64,000 nucleotides of DNA from NCBI GenBank assembly GCA_036172245.1, contig JAYWIR010000037.1:186001-250000 (forward strand), in the 5' to 3' direction. The notes under the pieces are model-generated. The model was not told the origin of the DNA and did not search any database. It saw only the letters and a program-made list of their open reading frames with translations. Both the position numbers and the translations under genes were made by a program. Source of the stretch: Raillietiella orientalis (lineage: Eukaryota). Of the stretch, positions 23,401 through 38,100 are shown piece after piece (position 1 is the first letter of the stretch; each line of letters starts with the position of its first letter).

Positions 23401-26400
23401 GCGGTCTTGCGCTTTCCAGAGTTTGCCAAGTTGATGGCAGCTCTCAACACGAAGCCCGACGTGACTTGTTGTTCTGGAAGGCGATTGCAAAGACCTCTCA
23501 GAAACTTTCGACACGTTTCCGGTTTCAGCAGCCTCTGATAAGTGGGCTGAGCCGAACCCGGCTGCACGGTGCTATTTCGTGAAAAATTTGTGGTTGGGCG
23601 CAGATTTTTTGGAAAGGCGTGACGGCACTTGCAGGCACGAGGCAAGCAAAAGATTCGCAGCAGCTTCAGAGTGCTGTAGCGGCAGCGAGTTCTTGGAACG
23701 TGGAGAGCCGTAGAAGGCAAGAAAGGAAAGGGAAGAAGAGGGGGGGGGTGGGGGGGGGGGAAACCTTGAGGTAGAATCTACCGGCGGGTTTTTCTCTCTT
23801 CGTGTTTGCACGAGTCCTTCGCCCACCGCGGCGTCTTTCTCCGAGGCTTCCCTCCCCCTTCCTCACGCCCGCAGTCAGGCAGAGCGTATTTCCCTTCGGC
23901 CTCGTCTGCCGCGGATCTGCCCAACGGGAGGGGAGGCGAGAAGGAAGCGATCGAACCGGAAGAGAAGGATCTTGTTCCGCGCGCGCTCCTCCCGTCATCG
24001 CTTCCCGAAGGATATCGGGTTCCGATCCGCGCATCCTCGGCTAGAAGGAACTTCTCTTCCTGCTCTCGAGGTTTCGAGCGTCTCTCTGGCACGCGGCCAA
24101 GTTTCAGTCGGCCGCCATCACTGTTTATCGCGCTGTGTTGCGGGGCTGCGCCTGCATTGTTATTCGTCTCCGGGATCGTTTATCGCGCAGCGCGTTTCCT
24201 TGCCGATGGTCTCCGTGGTAAATAGAGGCACGCAGCGAAAGTGCCTTCCGCGGCCAACCCTTGGCGCTGGAGAGCGCTGCCCAGTCCGCGACACCGCCAG
24301 GCCTGAGCTGCGTTCCTCCGTTTCCAAGAAGGAGCAGGAAGCAAACAAACTCGATGAACCAGGCGCCTTTTTTCTGTTTGTTTGTGCGCTCTCCGGGTCG
24401 GATCTGTAAACAACGAGCCGAGCGCTTCCCGCCGGCGGCCGGCCCGCTTGCCCCGTCGCGAGGAAGAAGCCGCCCGCCTGCCTGCCTGCCTGCAGCCCTC
24501 CGGTTCGGTTCTCTCAGGAAAAAATGCGAAGCGCCTGCGTGCTCTGTGTGACGTCTCTGAGGTGCTGTCGAGGCGCCCTCGCCTTGCTGAAGTCCGAAAG
24601 CAGAAGGGGTGCGTTTGTTGCGGTCTTTCGTTCAAAAGCAGCAGGATGGAGAAGGGAGCGACCCGGCTCCCATGGGGGTGACAGTCGCTGCTGCTGCGCG
24701 TCTGGCGAAGAAGAGCGGTGCTCGCTCTTCCCCGCCTCGGCCGAACGCTCCATCTTCCCCTCACCCGCTTGTTCCACTCTCTCCTCCTGGATGCGCTTGC
24801 TGAGTCTCTCCTACCCTCTTCCTTGTGGAGCACGGAACCATCGAACGAACAGCCCTTCCTCGGCGAGTAGAAGAGCTGGAAGTTGGCTTCAGTTCCCCTC
24901 CCCTTTCCTAGGATTTTGTGCATCCCTCTTTCCCGCAGACGACTTTGCCTGCTGAGAGTCCGACCCCAGCAGCTTCTGTCTTCCTCTTTGTTTCATGGGC
25001 AGGGTGCGACGTGTCATGAACACGTGACTGCCTGTTTGGGGGGGGGGGGGGGGGGGGTGAAAGTGCCTGCGTGAGGCACGTGCGCGATTCTTTTTTTTGC
25101 AAAAGAAGCCAATCACTTGCTAATCTGTCCCTGGAATCTCTTTGTCGCTGAAGCTGAAAACGTTGCGGTGCACCCTGGATCGGTCCATCCTCTGGCGAAA
25201 GGAAGGAATACGGCAGAACAGCCATGCTCTGGCCAGCACTTGTTCCTCGCGCCACCGGGTAATTGTTTTTTCACGTTGACCTGCTGCTCTTCTGCTGACT
25301 CACATGCGTTGGTTGAGCTTCTTGCCTTCTGACCCTTGGCATGCTCGAGCTCGGCGCTCTTCGCGACCGTATCCCACCCTCCATCTCCCCTCCTCCCTCA
25401 GTTCGCCTTCCCTGCCTGGCATGATGGCTGAACATCCTGCTCCCGGCACCCCAACTCTGCACCTGCTAACTTCAGGCAGCCTGCGTCATCCCTCCTCCCT
25501 CCGTACCAGGGCGGCAGCACCTACTTTCGAGAAAGAACGAGGTGAGCTCGGCGCTTCCTTTGATGAGGCTCCCGCGATCCAGAGGCGAAAACGAGGAGCG
25601 TTCTTTCTCGTTTGCGTGCTGCGTCGCATCTCTCAAGGGAGCCTCCGCACGCACCGACGAGAGCAGCCATCCTGGAAAAGCGGATGGAGCCGTGTGTGCG
25701 CTCACGTGCATCCTTCGAATTCCACTCGTTGATCCGTCGTACCCCCAGCTGCTTCTTCCTCTACTTCTACTCCTGCTGTTCGTAAAAAGCTTTGCTCTCT
25801 TATCTCAGATCGAAATGTGATCTGCTTCCTGGCTGTGATTCCGCCTTCCTTACCTTCGCATGGCAAGAGGGGTGGGAGGGGAAGAAAGAAAGAAAAATGG
25901 GGATGAGGAAAAAACTGAACGAGCTTGAGAGCTCCCGCATCGTGCTTCTGCCTCCTCTGGAAGCGTCCTTTTACTAACGGAAAGATGTGCGACTCGATGA
26001 AATCTTAATAACCTCACTAACCACTGAAAGCATGTTTGAGGCCTGAGGACGCATGGGGCTTGTTCCGTCTCCCCCAACCCCCAGTAAATACTGGCCCATC
26101 CCCAGGTGCCGCCGTCATCTCATCTTCCGCAAATCACGACGAGATGGTACGAAGCCCCAGCTCCTACTCGATGAACAACAACCTGGAGGTCCTGAACGGA
26201 TCTCATGACGAAAGTTCCAAGAAGGTTAGAGACGGATCCCTGTGGTCCCATGCACCTGAGTTGGTGGCAAGCTTTGTCTCTGCCTCTGCCCTCCTTCCTC
26301 TCGATTTCTCTCGTGATGCTGTTTCTCTTTTCTTTCTCTCCTCCTAATCTCTCAATAAAGAATGGAACTCGGGTTTCAAGCTGCTTCTTTCAGAGCAACA

Positions 26401-29400
26401 TGAATTTCATGAGGAAGATCCCACACGATGCAGAGACCTCCAACATCCTGGTGGGAGAGGTTGATTTCCTGGACAAGCTCTTGTCCGCGTTCATCCGACT
26501 GAAAGATTCCGTGATCCTCGGGAACATCACCGAAGTGCCGGTACCCACAAGGTTCATCTTCGTGTTGCTGGGGCCAGCCGTAAGTACGGGCGCTCGCTGA
26601 GCAGCAGCAGAGAGGCGGAGGCGAGCAAGGGAGAGTGGAACAGAGAAACGGGGATCAGGAGGAATCCGCTCCTGCTCCGCTGCGGAAGTACTTTCTTCCC
26701 CGCCTCCACTCTCCCTTTTCGCCGCTTGGCCTCCCGATCATCACGTCGTTGCGCGGGTGCTGACTTGTGGAGTTTCACTTCGCATCCAGAACGGCTCCCT
26801 GAGGTACCACGAAATTGGGAGAGCCATGGCCACACTCATGTCTGACGAGATCTTTCACAACGTCGCCTATAAGGCGAAGAACCGGAAGCATCTGCTGGCG
26901 GGACTGGACGAGTTCTTGGACTCAGTCACGGTGCTCCCTCCCGGAGAGTGGGACCCCAACATCCGTATCGAGCCGCCTAGCGTCATCCCCTCGCAAGTAA
27001 GGGCTTTCCTCCGCTTGGCGCATCTTCCAAACGTTTATCAGTCCTTGTCTCGTTCCGGCAGGAACCACGAAAGCACCCAGAGAAGGTGCAACTAAAGGAG
27101 GAATCAGAAGAAGAGGTGGAGATGAGGAGGCGGGCCGAGATGGGTCTGGTGCGGTCTGGCAGGCTCTTCGGGGGCCTCGTGAACGATGTCCGGAGGAAGT
27201 CGAGATGGTATCGACGGCAGCGAACCCCCTCGAGAGGAGGAGAGGGGCGCCCCACTGCCTCCCTCCCTCAGGTACTGGTCCGACTTCAAGGACGCGCTGG
27301 CCCTGCAGTCCGTTGCCGTGTGGATCTTCCTGTACTTCGCTTGTCTCGCTCCCATCATCACCTTCGGTGGGCTCCTAGGAGACGCTACGAAGAACAGAAT
27401 GGCGGCCATCGAGTCGCTTGTCTCCGGCTTCGTCTGCGGCATTCTCTACGGTTTCTTTAGCGGCCAGCCCCTGACGATTCTGGGGTCCACAGGTCCCGTA
27501 CTTGTGTTTGAGACTATTGTCTTCGACTTCTGCCAGTAAGTTGGTGTTCTCCACTTCCCAGAAAGGAGGCAGGGGACGATGGTACTATCTGTCTTTTCCA
27601 GGAGAAATGAACTCGACTACCTCGGGTTCCGGTTCTGCATTGGCCTGTGGATAGGAGCCATCCTGATGGTGCTCGTGGCTATCGATGCGTCCTACCTGGT
27701 GTGCTACATCACCCGCTTTACAGAAGAGAACTTCGCCACTCTCATTGCGTTGATCTTCATCTTCCAGGTCTGTAGGGCCTCCATCCTACCTCAGGCAGCA
27801 CTTTCTCTCCTGCTTTCTCTCTGACCGTTTCGTTCCTTGTGTTCCTCTCCAACTGTACTCTTCCCTTCCTCAGGCCATCCAGAAAGTTCTCAACATTGGA
27901 AAAAAGTTCCCCATCAACACACACCCCTACATCCCCCCGAGCTATGAGGCTTGCAGCTGCGAGCTTCCCGGATCGACCAACAGTTCCCTCCTGCTGAACG
28001 TGAGCGCGACGGAGTGCCAGGTTAGGCCCTGTCTCACGAAATCAGAAAGTCAGCGTCCTTATTTTCGTCCTGATCAGGATTACAATGGCACGTTGGTCGG
28101 AGAAGGATGCTTGGCGGTCCAGCATTACTATCCGGACATCTTCCTCATGTCAGTGCTGCTATTCCTGGGGACCTTCCTCATCTCGGTATCTCTTAAGAAC
28201 TTCCGGAACTCCCTTTTCTTCCCCACCAAGGTGAGAAGGTTGGCGCAGAAGGCACTCTTTACTTCTACCTCTCATTCCACTCCACCCTCCCCCTTTTCCC
28301 CCAGATCCGGACGTTCATTAGTGACTTCGCTGTCATCATTGCTATCATGACTATGAGCCTGACGGACTATGTCTTCGGCGTGAGGACCCCCAAACTGATG
28401 GTTCCGGAGAACTTCAAGCCGACCTGGCACGAGAGGGACTGGGTCGTTCATCCTTTTGGGAAGAACTTCATGAACCCGTGGTGGACCATTCTGGGTGCCA
28501 TAGTGCCAGCCTTGCTAGGGACCATTCTTATATTCATGGACCAGCAGATAAGCGCTGTTATTGTCAACCGGAAGGAAAACAAATTGAAGGTTCCACATGC
28601 ACGCTTCTTTCTTCCTTTATTGCCTCCTTTTTCCTCTTCCTCGCGGCAGTTGTTGTGGTGTCCAGAAACGATCCAAGTTTTCCTCTTCCAGAAAGGATGC
28701 GGGTACCATCTGGACATGTTCGTTCTGGCGATCCTTATCGTCATCTGCTCCATTTTCGGCCTGCCATGGTTTGTCGCTGCTACCGTGCTCTCCATCAATC
28801 ATGTAGACAGCTTGAAGCTGGAATCTGAGTGTGCCGCCCCGGGAGAAAAGCCTCAGTTCCTTGGCGTTAGGTGAGACAGACAAAAGGTTTCCTTTCCAGT
28901 TTCCTCCTGCTCTTCCACCCCCCCCCCCCCTCCCACACACACACACCTTCATAACCCTTCTCCTTTCCTGCTGCCCAGCTGATGACTTCCTTTTTCCTCT
29001 TCCGTAGAGAGCAACGGGTCACGCATATCCTGATCTTCATCACTGTGGGTTTGTCCGTGGTCCTCACGCCCTTACTAAAGGTACTTCTGGGGTTGTGGGA
29101 ACTCACCAGATGCCGGCTCCTCCTTCCTCCCTCTCCTGCCTGCTTCCAGCACATCCCGATGCCCGTCCTTTTCGGCGTGTTCCTGTACATGGGCATCTCG
29201 TCCCTGAAGGGATTGCAGCTCCTCGATCGCATCCTGGTCTTCTTCATTCCGGTGAAATACCAGCCAGATTATACGTTCCTTCGCCAGGTACGCTCCCTTT
29301 TCCTACTCAGCATCCTTCCTCCCGCTTTCCTCTGGGAAGTGGTTCCGGTGATGACTTTCGGGGCTTTAATTCCGCCTCCCTTTTTGACCAGGTGGAGCTG

Positions 29401-30244
29401 AGGAGGGTCCACCTGTTTACTAGTATTCAGATCTCGTGTCTGGTCGTCCTCTGGCTGATCAAGTCATTCAAACAGACCTCCATCCTCTTCCCCATCATGG
29501 TATGTCTGTCTTTTCCTTTCCTGGTCGGAGATGCTCAAGATTCCTTTCCTTCTTTGCAGCTGGTTGTCATGATCGGGGTGAGAAAATGCCTAGACTTCCT
29601 ATTCACTGAGAGGGAACTGAAAATCCTGGACGACATCATCCCAGAGATCAACCGCAGGAAGCAGGAAGAGGAAGCGGAAAAGGTCGGAAAGCGATTCAGG
29701 GTCCTCACGTGGATTAATGTTCTCGCAGGAAAGCTTCCCAGAGAAAATCGGTGGGCTAGAAAAGCTGGATGGCGTCCAGTTCGGAACATCCGGCGACCTG
29801 CAAATCACTCTACCCAATGGGAACATCATCCGCTTCCCGGCTACCGCCATAAACATTTCAGAAGAGCTAGACCGGTCAGGAGTTTGGAGGCAAGTCCACG
29901 ACCCCACCGACAGCAAGAAGCGCAAAAGCATCTCATTCGCTCCAGGAAACTCAAGGAGGTAGGTCCCCTCCTGCTCTCAATGACATCTTCTTTCCAATCC
30001 TCCCACCTCCTTTCCCATTTTAGCGGACCACCCAAGGATAAGTCGTCGAAGAAAGTGACCGACGAAAAAAAGCGCCTGTCGATCATCCCGGATGATGAGC
30101 TGGACAATGGCATCACCATCAAGGTAACGGTAGGCTTTAGAAGGGGGGAGGGGGGAAGGACCTTTCTTTGTCTTTATCCGCCTCTCCTCATTCTCGCTCT
30201 TACAGGTCGACGGTGCGTTCTCCAAGGCCGAGACTTGCGTGTGA
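17461..30244 (+). CDS. Ndae1: SLC4 Na+-coupled bicarbonate transporter (Ndae1 / SLC4A7-8-10-like), ~1130 aa from ATG 17461; exons 17451-17554, 18501-18626, 20577-20715, 20855-21074, 21132-21261, 26085-26224, 26394-26579, 26790-26996, 27062-27207, 27272-27535, 27602-27767, 27874-28020, 28078-28230, 28305-28589, 28692-28870, 29008-29080, 29150-29287, 29392-29499, 29560-29682, 29729-29958, 30024-30123, 30206-30244
   Basis: All junctions are GT-AG and phase-consistent (3393 nt). Motifs: [130 protein letters not shown]. It has the 4-Cys extracellular loop typical of Na+-coupled members and a PDZ-type C-terminus ETCV*. Confidence 0.96.
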
Positions 30245-33200
30245 AGGACTAGGAGCAAGCAAGGAAGGGACCTGCGCCGTAGCCGTGTGGTCTCCTTCCC
30301 CTACCCCTGCTTCCTCCATGCTTCCCCTGGAGAAAAGAAACAAAAAACAAAAACAAATCCCCCTCCTCAATACAAACAAAAAAAAAGATTCAGTTAAAAA
30401 AGGGCGTGACCCAACGGCATCCCGAGGCTTCCTTCACCGTTAAAAGGGTCACCTCGTCCTTACTCCTCTGCTTCCTTTCCATCACTCACTACCCCTCCCC
30501 AGCCAACGAACCATCTTGCAACAGTGTCGGTGGCAGTGAAACGACTAACCAGCATACAGCAGAAAATGGAGGAGGAACGAAAAGAAAGAGGAAAGGACAG
30601 GGAAGAATCAGTCTCGGAGGGAACCCCTCCCCAACGTCATATGCGGAACCTATTTCTGTTCCCGTCCCATCCTACCCATCCCCACCCATTCAACGAGGCC
30701 GGTGACGGTGGCTGGCTAAATGAACCCGTTTCCCCAAGTAGAAGAACGACAGCACTTGCAAGGAGATGGGGCGATTGGAGGAGGGGAAGGGGGAGGCTAG
30801 AGTCCCGCTCTTCCTCCCCTCTTCCTCTTTCCTTCGTTTCGTTTCTTCCCATCGCCGCTGGACGTCTGGGCGCCTACAGTCGTTCGTTCTTGTTGTTGTC
30901 CGTTGTAGAGTTGATCACAGATGAATAAATGAGAAAGACGCCTGCTGGAGCTGGTTATCATGGGGAAAGATGGACTCTTCCTTGCCCCAAGCTTTCCTCA
31001 ACAACGTACTGCTATTGGAAGGTTCCTCGTTTCGGTAGTTCGCAGTGTTTCCTCTTTCGGGAAAGGCGAAGAGAAGGAATTAAAGGGAGTGAGTGAGTGA
31101 TTCAATGTAGCGTCGCTGCTGATTCGGGGCGCGATTTTGGCAGCAGCACGTTCCCATGCCCGGTGACCAAGTCGGGGAAGAAAGAGGCGTCCATCCTACA
31201 ACACCGCAGAAACGCCTTCGGTTTCTCCTTTTACCCGACCCCATTCCATTTCGATTTTTCTTGGCCCTTCAAAACCGCTTTTGTTTCTGGACCTCGAGGA
31301 ACGCCTAGAGGTGATCCTCACTGGAAGACGAGGGAGAGAGAGGAGTTGAAGGATGAGAAACAGATAATGCTCTCTCTTGCACTCTTTCCTATGGCTTTTT
31401 CCCCTCTTCGGTCATGTTTGATTTTTTTTTTTTTTTCTTTCCAAGGAAAAAGCACTAAGGAGAGTTGGGAACGTAAAACATGCATCTTTTCTTGCGTGTG
31501 CCCAGTCATTGTTCCCCCATTCCACACCTTGACTCCGGATCCTTCCCCAACAGCCTCCTGATCTGCAGATAACGTGGTATGTGAGTCTGCGTCTTTCAAA
31601 GAGCACGCAAGTTCACATGCCGGAGTCCGGAATTTCAAGCCTGTCTCCTGACATCGTCCCGTTTCCTGTCGCTCCCGCTACCGTAAGCTCTTGCTAGCTC
31701 TTGAATTACGATTTGGGACCTTCGGGGTCCATTAGGGCTCTGAAGGGTGGCGTCTCGAGGGACTCACCGACGGTTGTTTCCAGGGTCAGGTTAGGCGGCC
31801 TCGAAGAAAAACTCCTGAAGGAAACTTCCCTAAGTTTCCTAGGACCTATCGTCAGCTGTAAGCGGTAACATGAGAAAGCACTGATGCATTCGCGTGCATC
31901 GTATTGATGCAATTTTGTGCGTTTAACCTACACTGATGGTGGGGAATGCCCTGGATATCACCGAAGAACAAAAGAAGGACAAAACAAAAAAACACTGGCC
32001 GCAAGTTTTTTTTTCTCTAGCAAAAGGCCCACCGAAGTGTCTCAGAAGGCTACGCACAGCGGCAAGTCTGTAATTTCAGCCGTAATATCCTCACCGAGTG
32101 ATCGCTGAGCAATGCACTCGAAGTGGTGAACACGACCTCATCAACGAGTTTAGGGCCCATGCTGAAATTGGAAGAGGCTACTCTGGATTAATGAGTCTTT
32201 TTATCAAGGGAAAACATCTCATCTCAAATAGTTGTTACAACTGCGAAGTTGAAGGAGCCTTCGTGCTCCAAGAAGTGGATCAAGGAACGCATCCGTTCCT
32301 TTGTTTTTGGAAAGCGATTCAGCAATGACAAAGCAAGCAGAAAAACATACACATCAAACACATGCCACAGGTCGACACAAGTGTATTCGTTCAGCTGGGG
32401 GCCATCAAAAACTACCCGGTATCAGGAAGACCCGAATACATTTGCTCCGTCAATCCTCAACTTTTTTTCCTTTTTTTTTTTCATGATGCCGCCACGCTAT
32501 AAATTAACGCTCGTCCTGCTGTTCAGCCACTTCTGGGAACACCCCGCGGGCACGGCGTGCTGCTCCGAAAAAGCACGGGCAAGGAGAGCACCACTCACGG
32601 TAAAGGATTGCAGCGTCGAACCTCAAGCACGGTGTGATCTGACTGAGAGAAACTCGAAAGTAAAGCTTCCTTCCTCCCCCGAGAACAGATTACACGAACT
32701 GATGAGATGTTGGCACTCGTTGTCTCCGAGCCCAAATCCCTTCACACCACGAGAAAGTCGTGTAACAGATCATGAGCTAAGACTACACCAAGATTTAAAT
32801 GTTGATCCCTACATGGTACAATAGGTTTTATTAAAGCAGATGCTTTCAAATTATTAATCATGAAAACAATCATGGTACGATGACTTCTTTTCTTTTTTTT
32901 TAAAAAAAAAAAAAAAAATCGCATGCTGTGTGAGAAGCACCAGCCTATTAATGCACGATTCGGATTTCATTGGAAACGAGGGACTGCAGGGTTAGTTTGG
33001 GGACCAGCAAGGACACGCTGATTTGCTCTTTTGCATATGGCTTAATTACCCTCCGAATTAAGAAAAAATTACACAAGACTGCACGTCTTCGCACTCTGAG
33101 ATGAGGCAGCTTCCAAACTTTTCGTGCACGCACATTTGACAGAGGTGAGGTCACGTGACCCACGGAGGCTCCTGAAATCCTCGCTTACGTCTCCCACCGT

Positions 33201-33843
33201 GGTGGTGTCCGAGTTGCGAAACTGCGACGCTTCTTAGCAAACTGTGTATTTGTGAGGGAGGGTTTCTTTGCAACTTGCAAACCAAGAAGGTTCCTAGCAA
33301 GGGCACATTGCTTTCGCCTCTCATTCGGCGGAAAAACCTTTAAGACGGCGCATACATGACGACCAAATAAGTACATACCCTCATACATATTATAACTCTC
33401 ATTGTTTTAATTGTTCTATATAAATAATAAAATGAGTATTTTTTTATGATGAGCATTGTGGAAGTTTTGAGGCTCAAATTACTGTTGTAACTGAATAAAA
33501 TGAGCACCTGAACATTTGACTTTTTATGGGAAAGTATGTGTTGATTGTCTTAAAAATCTTTGCTTATTTTCCAGCATTACATCTCTTTTCAAAGATGAAT
33601 CGGATAAAAATGAAGGCAGCTAAAAATGCTCCCGTTTCACAGTCTATAGAAAAAAAGGCTGAGGTGTCTAATGATGCAAAATGACAATAATTGATACTAA
33701 TCATGCAGTCTCAAATGAACTACTGCTGTCACTGCAGTTTCTTGCTGAAGTCATCACAAGACATCTGTTGCAATTGCATAAAGAATGCGACCAAAATTTG
33801 CAAGAGTTGTAAGGAGGGCAAGCATTCCATACATGCTGTAACA

Positions 33844-35146
33844 TTACAAACATGTAAGTGACAGTCCACGATGCTGCTGCTTAATTTGCTTCAAAAACTA
33901 CAATACTTGAGAAAGTCGTGTCCGGCTTCAGTCACCTACTTGCAAAACACTTTTTAGGCCAAAAAGATATCCTTCTTCATGATTTCCAAGTTTCCAGGGA
34001 AGGAGGTGACTTACTTGAACACCAGCAGGTAGGGGAACTGTCTTAGCAAAATCAATCATCCACACACCTGCACTGCTATCATCATAGATAAACAGGAGAC
34101 TGCTGCCTACCAACTGAACAAAATAATGTGGCATCACCATTGCTTCTTACCTCGTGTGTCTGAAAAAACTGTGATTTTCCCAGCAAATGCTTCAGTAATT
34201 TCAGCTGCTTGATGATCTGTCGCAGAGCTGTAAAACGAGGAGCAAAAAAGAATTCTAGAGTATGTAAGATTTGCTCTGGAGATCGCATTGTTTGGAGATC
34301 AGTTATAGGAATGCCTTCATCCATCTGAAACATTATTAGTTATAACTTATCAAATGTTGTACTTTTCCCATCTTACTGACAGGCCTTCAATCCGAAAACC
34401 AAAGGTGGATGTGGAACTCAATTGCTCTCTGAAAATCATATACCTCAACTTAGTTATTGCCTCCTTCTGGTGTTCCTGAGGTGTGGGAGCACAAGGATCT
34501 AATTTGACCATCTATCAAAAGAAGCTACAATTCTATTGCAGTCTTTCAGCATACCTTCTTGTATAAATCATGACGTTCACTGGTGTTGTGAACTTCACTC
34601 TCCAAGAAAGTCCGAGTGCCTATTTTAATATCCATAAGACAGGGATTGACAAAATGAGACAAAAGATCTTCTATTTCAATATAGACTGATATGCTGATAA
34701 GAATAGTACAAATATGAAGATCTCATACATAAAGGATACCTTCATTATTGTATACAACTTCTCTGTAAAAATGTGGTACAGCAATTTGTAAAGGATCATT
34801 CATAATATTGTAATATGCTTGGATTTCATATTTATCACAATCACATTTTTTCCAAACTGTGTTTGAATCTGATACACGGAAACAATCAGGATGACCAGAT
34901 AACTGTATCCATGGTTTGGGTCGTACTTCACAAACTTCCTGTGGTAAAATATAAAGTAATTGTACTTCAAAACACCAAACTTGCCACGGTATTCCTGTTT
35001 AATATCACAGATGTACTGGAAGCTGGGTGATTCTTTCCCATGTTTCTGGAGCTTTGCATGTTCTGAATAACTGAGTTGAAAGTCCTTTTATCATTATGAT
35101 CACGATCATTATGGTACTTGGTTTGTGAAGTGTTTTTTTCACAGGT
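33844..35146 (-). CDS. IP3K1: Inositol-1,4,5-trisphosphate 3-kinase (IP3K1-like); exons 35146-34976, 34938-34740, 34685-34555, 34511-34377, 34324-34151, 34113-33940, 33897-33844; 5' end unresolved (further exon likely above 35188)
   Basis: WIQLSGHP; the PxxxDxKxG motif [75 protein letters not shown]. Introns of 37-54 nt are GT-AG and in consistent phase. Confidence 0.92.
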
Positions 35147-38100
35147 CTAAAATAATTAATGCTTTTACTGCCAGGAATGGCACTTACAAGTTGAAACAAC
35201 TTATGATAAAAAGATTTGGCGTTTCCTTAACAGTTTGTCGATGTCCTCGAGATTACAATTCAAGATGACTAATTAGAACTAGGACTTGAGTAAAGCAACA
35301 TTTCTTTGGGCATTCGTGATAGAATCACTGTTGTGTTTCTCAATCGAACAAAGCCAGCCCATTGCATGATACTCAAACTTTACGATTATCGAAATGCTGC
35401 CAACTTTGTAATAATGGAAAACTTCATAATTTCATACATATCACTACTCGATGATTTCCCTTACGATGGCAAACAATCACGAACTGGCTTACAGTTTCTT
35501 TCACAAGAGATCTGCCTCAGATAGTGTCAACAAGCATGCCAGAAAATGCTTGACCTTCTGAAGACTTAGATGATTCAACGATCGCATGCAGCACACACCT
35601 AATTAAAAATACCTTTACCGCAGTTACAATTAAGAAAGCTATACCTTTTCGAAAATCGTGTGATAGGACTACAGTTTTCAACTTGTCAACAACGCACGCT
35701 TCTAAAGCCTAGTGTTTAATTTGCCCAAGGTCCTCAGGAGAGGTTCAGTGTCCATTGTATCATCACATCTTTACGCTTTCAGTTCTTTCAAGTCCTTTAA
35801 CCAAGTAGGGAGAAAAGATAATTGAAGAAAAAATGGAACTTTTGTCGATGTCTCGGTTGAGCGGAAAATTTTTTGCACAAAAATGTTTGTGAGAACACTA
35901 ACGTCACACGTATTTAATAATTACAAAAAAAAAATGCCTTGAAATTCATAAGCACATGGAGGTTTGAATGCCCATCTTCCGTAATTTATTTGACCATTTC
36001 ACAAGCAAACAAATGATGTAATTGTACCTCTCCTGCGATTTGTTTACGATGCGCGGTGACTACCGGAAAGCCTACACCGCCAGAAACAGGGATTCCCGTC
36101 TCAGGTTGTTCCAAGGAACCAGCGGATGAAATGAATTCACACTCGAGAAAAAGTTTTTGCGGTAGTTGCAAGATGCACATCACAGAGTGAGAATGTGGAA
36201 AAAATTTTTTTTGTTTTTCTAAAAAGGTTCTAACGCATTCGTTTACTCGAAAATGAAAACGTGGGCCAATGCCACTATTTCAGTCTGATTTCACATGCTT
36301 TCAGAAGAAAATTGGATGAATTAAAAATGAAGACTTTTTATTTAGACCCTTTTTTGGCCACATCCACATAAGAGAGTAACCAAGAAAAACGCTTCGTGCT
36401 TCGTTTCAACCTGCATGACATACCCGGCAAATACGATACGAACAAACGGAAGAACACCAACTCATCAATGAAATTTGAAACCACACTCGGTGGATGTGGT
36501 TCAGACCGATTTGCCAAATACCGAGTGACATTCTGCTTGCCAATGGTTGAATTTTAGAAATGTTTAGATTTCTTCATTTTTCACTGTGCTTATCACTGCC
36601 ATCGAACTGAAAAGCACACTGGAAACCAGTGCTGCATGTGGGCAAAGGCTTGATGACCATATTTTCCCATTACCTGAGCAATCCGAGATAAGGGGGAAAT
36701 GATTTGGTTGGTGCGATAGGTTTTGGTGGAGGGCAAACGCAAATGCATTTTTTTCGAATTTTACTCGAGAAAATAAAGAAAATCTGGAAACGCATAGTTG
36801 GCACTTGCTATTTCACCCACTCCATCAATCCATTCATACATTCATACTCTCCAGAAGTCTTGTAAACATCGTAAATCCAAGGGTGGTTTCCGTTTCACAA
36901 GGATTAGGGAAGGAGGCAAACTGTTTCTGATCAACGATCGGGGAAAACGTCTCCTTTGCCTTCAGTTCTTACCCAGAAACGATAACCCACGATCGGCCTC
37001 AGGTTGTGGCCAAAAACATTTTCCGCTCATTTGAAATTACGATTCCAGCTTAAATCAATCTCGAATGGAATTAAACGTGAAAATGTTCAATACATTCGAC
37101 TCACTTAGATCCATTAGCATCGGAAATCTTAAGTTTCCTAAACACTGAAATACTTTGGCTAATTTCTTGTTCTTTCTCATCCAAGAATCACATCTACCCC
37201 TTATTACTCGACAAAAGTTTGTTTCTAGCACAATTTAAGGTTTGGCTCTTTTTTTTTTTTTTTTTTTCCTCCAAATCTCCCAACTAACATTTTGCAGACT
37301 AATTGTAATCACTTACTTATTTCGAAGGCTTCTGTTTTGTTATCCTCCATGATTAATTTGAATCGACGAGTGATAAGTCCTTTGCTTTATGTCGGCGCTG
37401 ATCCTTCCAACCTGAAACGTTTCTTTCTACTTTTCGCATCTACTCGGTTGAAAACCGTATCAGATTTTAGAATCGAATTAGAACAGGAGAGAGATCACAA
37501 GGACATCGAATTAGAACAGATCACAACAAGGACACCTTACAGATTCACAGTGTTCTCTCTACTCTTCATTTACGGTGCATCCCCTCAGTTTACAGAATTT
37601 TGGCCTTCCATTCTTCTCCAGTGAACCCTCCGTCGGGCTTTTTCGTCGGTTTTTCGATAATTCTGCAGCTGGCAGAAAAATTTTACTCTTTGCTGCACCA
37701 CACAGGCTGAGCACACATATGCTTGAACTTGAGATATTTTCAATTCGACCGTTAGTTTTTAAGTCTTATCCAGATGACTCTTTCAGGTTCAACCAATCAT
37801 GTCCCTCCTCCACTTCAGTATCTTCTTTTATGTGAACACAACACAACAAAGATCCCTTTATTTTGCTTTTTAGAAAGTTCATTTTGAACGCTGAATTAAA
37901 TTGGGGATGCAATTTGAAAGTCGCTGGTCTAAAAGCATCATAAAAAATAACTTTTTATTATTAGCATTACCATATTCTTGTCATCATTAGTTTCAGAAAA
38001 TGTAACATTACCAAAAAATTCATTGCCGAAAAGCATATATGCACCTTTGGTTACGTTTTGATTACTGAGAGTCGATGCTCCTGAATTATAGGTTGAGTAT

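Noticed and set aside
29095..30252. 385-aa plus-strand ORF as a separate gene
   Set aside because: It is a read-through of short SLC4 introns and exons in mixed frames, fully explained by the spliced model.
31713..31730. c(UUCG)g hairpin suggesting a structured RNA gene
   Set aside because: Only a short bulged stem; no RNase P/MRP, SRP, snRNA or SECIS consensus is recognisable around it.
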